DNA of 32,000 nt from Vibrio cholerae ATCC 14035 (GTDB lineage Bacteria > Pseudomonadota > Gammaproteobacteria > Enterobacterales > Vibrionaceae), in the NCBI RefSeq assembly GCF_000621645.1, contig NZ_JHXR01000001.1, positions 1-32,000 of the forward strand, in the 5' to 3' direction. Position numbers and translations under genes: made by a program. The notes beneath the pieces are model-generated. The model was not told the origin of the DNA, searched no databases, and saw nothing but the letters and a program-made list of their open reading frames with translations. This document shows positions 28,478 through 32,000 of the stretch, piece by piece. The first letter of the stretch is position 1, and the number at the start of each line of letters is the position of its first letter.

Positions 28478-29611
28478 TTAGCCTAAAAGATGATTTAAGG
28501 TTTTTTGATACATATCGGTCAATTTCTCTAAATCCGCAATACGTACACACTCGTTTACCTTGTGAATGGTGGCATTCACGGGACCGAGCTCAACCACTTG
28601 TGCGCCCATTTGGGCAATGAAGCGACCATCAGATGTTCCGCCTGTCGTCAATAACGCAGGAGCTTGATGGTTTACTTCCTCTACGGCCGCGACTACTGCT
28701 GCCAGTAGTTCGCCCGTATCGGTCAGGAAGGGTTGGCCGCTGAGAGTCCATTTCACACCGTAATCGAGCCCGTGAGCATCCAAGACCGAATGTACGCGGC
28801 GTTTGATCTCTTCATCGGTGAGCTCTGTACTAAAGCGGAAGTTAAACTGCACATCAAATTCACCGGGGATGACATTCGATGCGCCAGTACCCGCTTGCAG
28901 GTTAGGAATTTGAAAGCTGGTGGGGGGGAAATAGGCGTTACCTTCATCCCATTGGGTGGCGGCGAGTTCGGCCAATGCGGGGAGCGCTTTATGCACGGGA
29001 TTATTAGCCAGATGCGGATAAGCAACATGGCCTTGAGTGCCTTTTACCTTCAAATCCCCCGTGATGGAGCCACGACGGCCATTTTTCACCACATCGCCTA
29101 CGGCTAGGGTACTGGACGGCTCACCGACGATACACATATCGATCAGTTCGTTACGTGCCATTAGCGTTTCTACGACACGGACGGTACCGTTGATAAAGGG
29201 GCCTTCTTCATCAGAAGTGATCAAAAAACCGATTGAGCCTTGATGATCGGGATGTTCGGCAATAAAACGCTCTACCGCCACAATCATACAAGCCAGCGAG
29301 CCTTTCATATCTGCTGCGCCACGCCCATGCAGGAAACCATCAATCACAGTCGGCTCAAAAGGAGGAGTGTGCCACTGCGACAAAGGGCCGGCAGGCACCA
29401 CATCGGTATGACCTGCAAAAACAAACAGGGGAGATTGCGTGCCGCGGCGAGCCCAGAAGTTGGTGGTGTCTTCAAACACCATGCTTTCAATTTCGAAACC
29501 CAGCGCTTTTAAGCGCTCAATCATCAGATCCTGACATCCTGCGTCGGCAGGAGTAACGGATTGGCGGCTAATCAGCTCTTTTGCCAGAGCCAGTACAGGG
29601 CTATCTGTCAT
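28478..29611 (-). CDS. dapE: Succinyl-diaminopimelate desuccinylase
   Basis: 377 aa M20 peptidase reading FAGHTDVVP...GRGAADMKG...SDEEG...GGTSDGRF. Confidence 0.95.
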   Translation of the reverse strand: MTDSPVLALAKELISRQSVTPADAGCQDLMIERLKALGFEIESMVFEDTTNFWARRGTQSPLFVFAGHTDVVPAGPLSQWHTPPFEPTVIDGFLHGRGAADMKGSLACMIVAVERFIAEHPDHQGSIGFLITSDEEGPFINGTVRVVETLMARNELIDMCIVGEPSSTLAVGDVVKNGRRGSITGDLKVKGTQGHVAYPHLANNPVHKALPALAELAATQWDEGNAYFPPTSFQIPNLQAGTGASNVIPGEFDVQFNFRFSTELTDEEIKRRVHSVLDAHGLDYGVKWTLSGQPFLTDTGELLAAVVAAVEEVNHQAPALLTTGGTSDGRFIAQMGAQVVELGPVNATIHKVNECVRIADLEKLTDMYQKTLNHLLG

Positions 29612-29641
29612 CCTTGAAATTCCTTTTATTAATCAAAACGC

Positions 29642-29989
29642 TTAAGAAAAAAGAGCGCGATACTGGGCATCGCTAAAGCCAAGATGCAGTTCATCTTGAC
29701 GTTGTAAAATAGGGCGCTTAATCATCGCCGGATGTTCTACTAACAATGCCACTGCATTGTCGGCATTCAAAGTGGCTTTTTGCTCATCACTCAGTTGGCG
29801 AAAGGTTGTGCCGCGCTTATTGAGTACTTGTTCCCAACCTAATTGGCTACAAAATCCAGCCACCAATTCTGGGGTAATGCCCTCTTTGCGATAGTCATGA
29901 AACTGGTAGGCGACGCCCGCTTGTTCTAGCCATTTACGGGCTTTTTTCATGGTGTCGCAGTTCGGAATGCCATACAAAGTGATCGTCAT
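29642..29989 (-). CDS. yffB: ArsC/Spx-family protein YffB
   Basis: 115 aa reading MTITLYGIPNCDTMKKARKWLE...IKRPIL. SD aagga precedes ATG 29989. Adjacent to dapE, as in E. coli. Confidence 0.85.
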   Translation of the reverse strand: MTITLYGIPNCDTMKKARKWLEQAGVAYQFHDYRKEGITPELVAGFCSQLGWEQVLNKRGTTFRQLSDEQKATLNADNAVALLVEHPAMIKRPILQRQDELHLGFSDAQYRALFS

Positions 29990-30239
29990 GTTTATCCTTA
30001 AATGGGTTTTATTGAAGGCCTGAATGGGTTGCTTCATGGTGTTGAGCTTAGGGCAACCTTGCTTATTGTGCGTTCAATCCTAACAGGAAGGTTCGGCCGA
30101 GACAAAAGTGTGATGTAGATATTTCACGCACGGAAAAAATAGCCTACTAAAGTAAATCGATTGGCAAGTTATTGATCAAACGCAACACATCACACAGTAA
30201 AACGGAAATAATGAGCACAGCATACTTTAGGAGGTATCA

Positions 30240-30527
30240 ATGGAACTGAGTCCTGTATTCGCAAGGCGCTTATATTTAGCTTTGCTTGTGGAGAGCCTTG
30301 AGCGACCCAATGTCCCTAAACTGATTGAAAAGACGGGCTGGCCTCGTCGTACTATCCAAGATGTCATCAAAGCCATGCCGGGTATCGGTATTGAACTGAA
30401 CTTCGTGCAAGATGGCCGCCGACACAATGATGGCTACTACCAGCTTTCTGACTGGGGTCCCTTTGACAGCCAATGGGTCACCGAACGCAAAAAAGACATT
30501 GCGGCAAGCTTAGGGTTTTGTGCTTAA
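30240..30527 (+). CDS. Small winged-helix/HTH-like protein of unknown function
   Basis: 95 aa with a strong SD (aggagg, 6 nt before the ATG). The segment VPKLIEKTGWPRRTIQDVIKAM looks like an HTH. A terminator follows. Confidence 0.65.
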   Translation: MELSPVFARRLYLALLVESLERPNVPKLIEKTGWPRRTIQDVIKAMPGIGIELNFVQDGRRHNDGYYQLSDWGPFDSQWVTERKKDIAASLGFCA

Positions 30528-30549
30528 AGCCAGCATCGCTGGCTTTTTC
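30527..30549 (+). terminator. Intrinsic terminator after the wHTH-like gene
   Basis: aaagccagc-atc-gctggcttttt. Confidence 0.8.
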
Positions 30550-30593
30550 ATTTTCCACATTATGCGGCTTGGCACATCATGCGGCTTGGTGCG

Positions 30594-30950
30594 TCAGCTG
30601 TTTTGCCACAACCAGTAACTGATAAAACCTAACCAACTTAGCGCTAATAATACCCATGCGAGTTTGGCTTGATTGGTATGAGAGTCATCGCCGAGTTCGG
30701 CTGCATAGTCATCCGCTTCGTGGATTTCCTCTGTCGAAGATTGCTTGGCTTTTAACGCTTTTTTACGCAGCTTATCTGCCTGCCGGTGTTTCTCTTTCTG
30801 CTGCTTTTTGTATAAAGCAATCCCTTTTTCGATACCTTGAGTGATGAGCTTAGTTTGCTCTTTGGTTTGTCCGGGGCGCTGAGTCGCTTTCGCAATTTTT
30901 AACGCCTCTTGCTGGGTTTGTTCTGACGGAATGAGAGTCGTGTTTTTCAT
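30594..30950 (-). CDS. Lys/Gln-rich protein with a C-terminal membrane anchor (DUF2956-like)
   Basis: 118 aa with a highly charged N-terminal 95 residues, then LAWVLLALSWLGFISYWLW. The family name is recalled, not verified. Confidence 0.6.
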   Translation of the reverse strand: MKNTTLIPSEQTQQEALKIAKATQRPGQTKEQTKLITQGIEKGIALYKKQQKEKHRQADKLRKKALKAKQSSTEEIHEADDYAAELGDDSHTNQAKLAWVLLALSWLGFISYWLWQNS

Positions 30951-31093
30951 TAATCTATACGGTTTAAAAAGCTTAGGACTAAGACTAGCATGTGAGCGCA
31001 GGGTAAAAAATGGGGCGAGCTAAGAATAAGCAGTGGTCATTTAGGGGAATTGCGCTAGAGTGAACAGCCTGTGTTTTATGAGTTGAGAAAACC

Positions 31094-31558
31094 GTGCGTT
31101 ATTCGATTGAACAGTATGATAGTCAAGGATTTTTAAAAGCACCGATATGGCTATGGCTAGGATGGCTGTTTCTTAATCGAGCTTGGGTCATGTTTGTGAT
31201 GGCGGGGGTGAGCCGCGAACAAGGTTCCCATTTGCTCTCATTGATCTATCCCGATCACTCTTTGTTGTATGTTGGACTTGCGATGGGGGCTCCGGCTCTT
31301 GCCTTAATGTGGCTCATCACATTACGCAGTTCGCAGCGGCAATGGGTCAATCAGATTGTCGCGCAAGGTCGTGCGATTTCTTTATTCGTTGTGATAGGCC
31401 AATTTGTGCAAACGGCTTTTCACGTTTACTTGCAGCAGGGGGCTTTTCACTGGGCCAACGCATTGACCCTACTCTTATTACTGTGGTTTGGCATTTACCT
31501 TGTGCAGAGTCGCCATGTACGCGACAGTTTAAAAGCCCCCGCGTTGGATAAGGCATGA
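31094..31558 (+). CDS. Inner-membrane protein (YfeZ/DUF2919-like)
   Basis: 154 aa with a GTG start and about four hydrophobic helices. It lies immediately upstream of a yfeX-like gene, echoing yfeX/yfeZ proximity in E. coli. Confidence 0.6.
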   Translation: MRYSIEQYDSQGFLKAPIWLWLGWLFLNRAWVMFVMAGVSREQGSHLLSLIYPDHSLLYVGLAMGAPALALMWLITLRSSQRQWVNQIVAQGRAISLFVVIGQFVQTAFHVYLQQGAFHWANALTLLLLLWFGIYLVQSRHVRDSLKAPALDKA

Positions 31559-31623
31559 TCATCATCAACGCGATGATTTTTCTTTTTATTACACTGAGCA
31601 AAACCGAAAAGTGAGGATTCGTT

Positions 31624-32000
31624 ATGTTTAAGTCACAGACCGCAATCTTGCCAGAAGCTGGCCCGTTTGCCCTGTACACACTACTGAAAGTTCGTCAGAA
31701 CCACGCCCATGTTTTGCAAGCGCTTAAGGCTTTGCCTGCGTTAGTTGAGGAAATCAATCAAAATCAGCCGGGAGCCGAGCTGACGGTTTCTGTCGCGTTC
31801 AGCAAAGGTTTTTGGAGCCATTTTGAGATGGCGTCGCCACCAGAACTGATTGATTTTCCTGAGCTGGGTGAGGGCGAAACTCACGCGCCAAGCACGGATG
31901 TGGATGTGTTGATCCATTGTCACGCCACGCGCCACGATTTGCTGTTTTATACTCTACGTAAAGGGATTAGCGACATAGCTCAAGATATTGAAATCGTGGA
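31624..32000 (+). CDS. yfeX: Dyp-type peroxidase (YfeX-like), 3'-truncated by the window edge
   Basis: This frame is open to the window end and is absent from the ORF track. It reads MFKSQTAILPEAGPFALYTLLKV...VSVAFSKGFW...FPELGEGETHAPSTDVDVLIHCHATRHD, which parallels E. coli YfeX (SGILPE..., VVAFG...W, FPG.G.G...AP.TQFDVLIH...RHD). SD gagga is present. Confidence 0.8.
   Translation, partial: MFKSQTAILPEAGPFALYTLLKVRQNHAHVLQALKALPALVEEINQNQPGAELTVSVAFSKGFWSHFEMASPPELIDFPELGEGETHAPSTDVDVLIHCHATRHDLLFYTLRKGISDIAQDIEIV

Noticed and set aside
28922-28928. G7/C7 homopolymer inside dapE as a possible phase-variation tract.
   Set aside because: It encodes Pro-Pro (FPPT) within a conserved essential-pathway enzyme. 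The tract is short, and nothing suggests contingency behaviour.
30100-30125. CRP-like half sites (tgtgatgtagatatttcacg) upstream of the wHTH-like gene.
   Set aside because: GTGA and TCAC are separated by 10 nt rather than the 6 nt of the CRP consensus, so this is not a credible CRP site.
30227-31679. Overlapping or antisense ORFs 30227-30427(-), 30276-30473(-), 30656-30844(+), 31183-31551(+) and 31347-31679(-).
   Set aside because: Each is nested in a better-supported gene with an SD, a terminator or a membrane-helix pattern. They lack start signals and have skewed composition.

Overview
The window reads as a conserved gamma-proteobacterial housekeeping region. Gene order and protein sequences look Vibrio cholerae chromosome-1-like, but that is inference from memory of families and synteny, with no search run.

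Contents from left to right:
- The 3' part of an IS200/IS605-family (IS1004-like) transposase gene.
- A dense minus-strand array of 14 tRNA genes covering only four species: Met-CAU x3, Leu-CAG x3, Leu-UAG x4, Gln-UUG x4. It has a stringent-type promoter and an intrinsic terminator.
- ychF-pth-prs-ispE-lolB on the minus strand.
- hemA-prfA-prmC-sirB2-sirB1-kdsA on the plus strand.
- A lipoprotein-type ushA, ybaK and an NCS2 nucleobase permease.
- A DUF2066-like secreted protein.
- A minus-strand run of bepA, then arsC(yfgD-like), a WrbA-like quinone reductase and a DUF2069-like membrane protein.
- A TusA-like gene overlapping perM.
- A dCache methyl-accepting chemotaxis protein.
- bcp and gcvR, divergent from dapA-bamC.
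- A ypfN-like gene, an M15 peptidase and dapE (one tight minus-strand operon), then yffB.
- Three small uncharacterised genes and the 5' part of a Dyp-type peroxidase (yfeX-like).

I see no CRISPR array, prophage, defence island, toxin-antitoxin pair or other clear multi-gene novelty. The only evident accessory DNA is the IS fragment.

The observations most worth a second look are:
- the amplified tRNA array and its internal 77-bp non-tRNA interruption;
- a 41-nt hairpin-containing element present twice, each time between convergent genes;
- the translationally coupled TusA-like/PerM pair;
- the dapE-M15 peptidase-small membrane protein operon;
- two LacI/PurR-type palindromes upstream of nucleotide-salvage genes.

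All functional calls rest on recognisable protein motifs and recalled family similarity. None was checked against a database.
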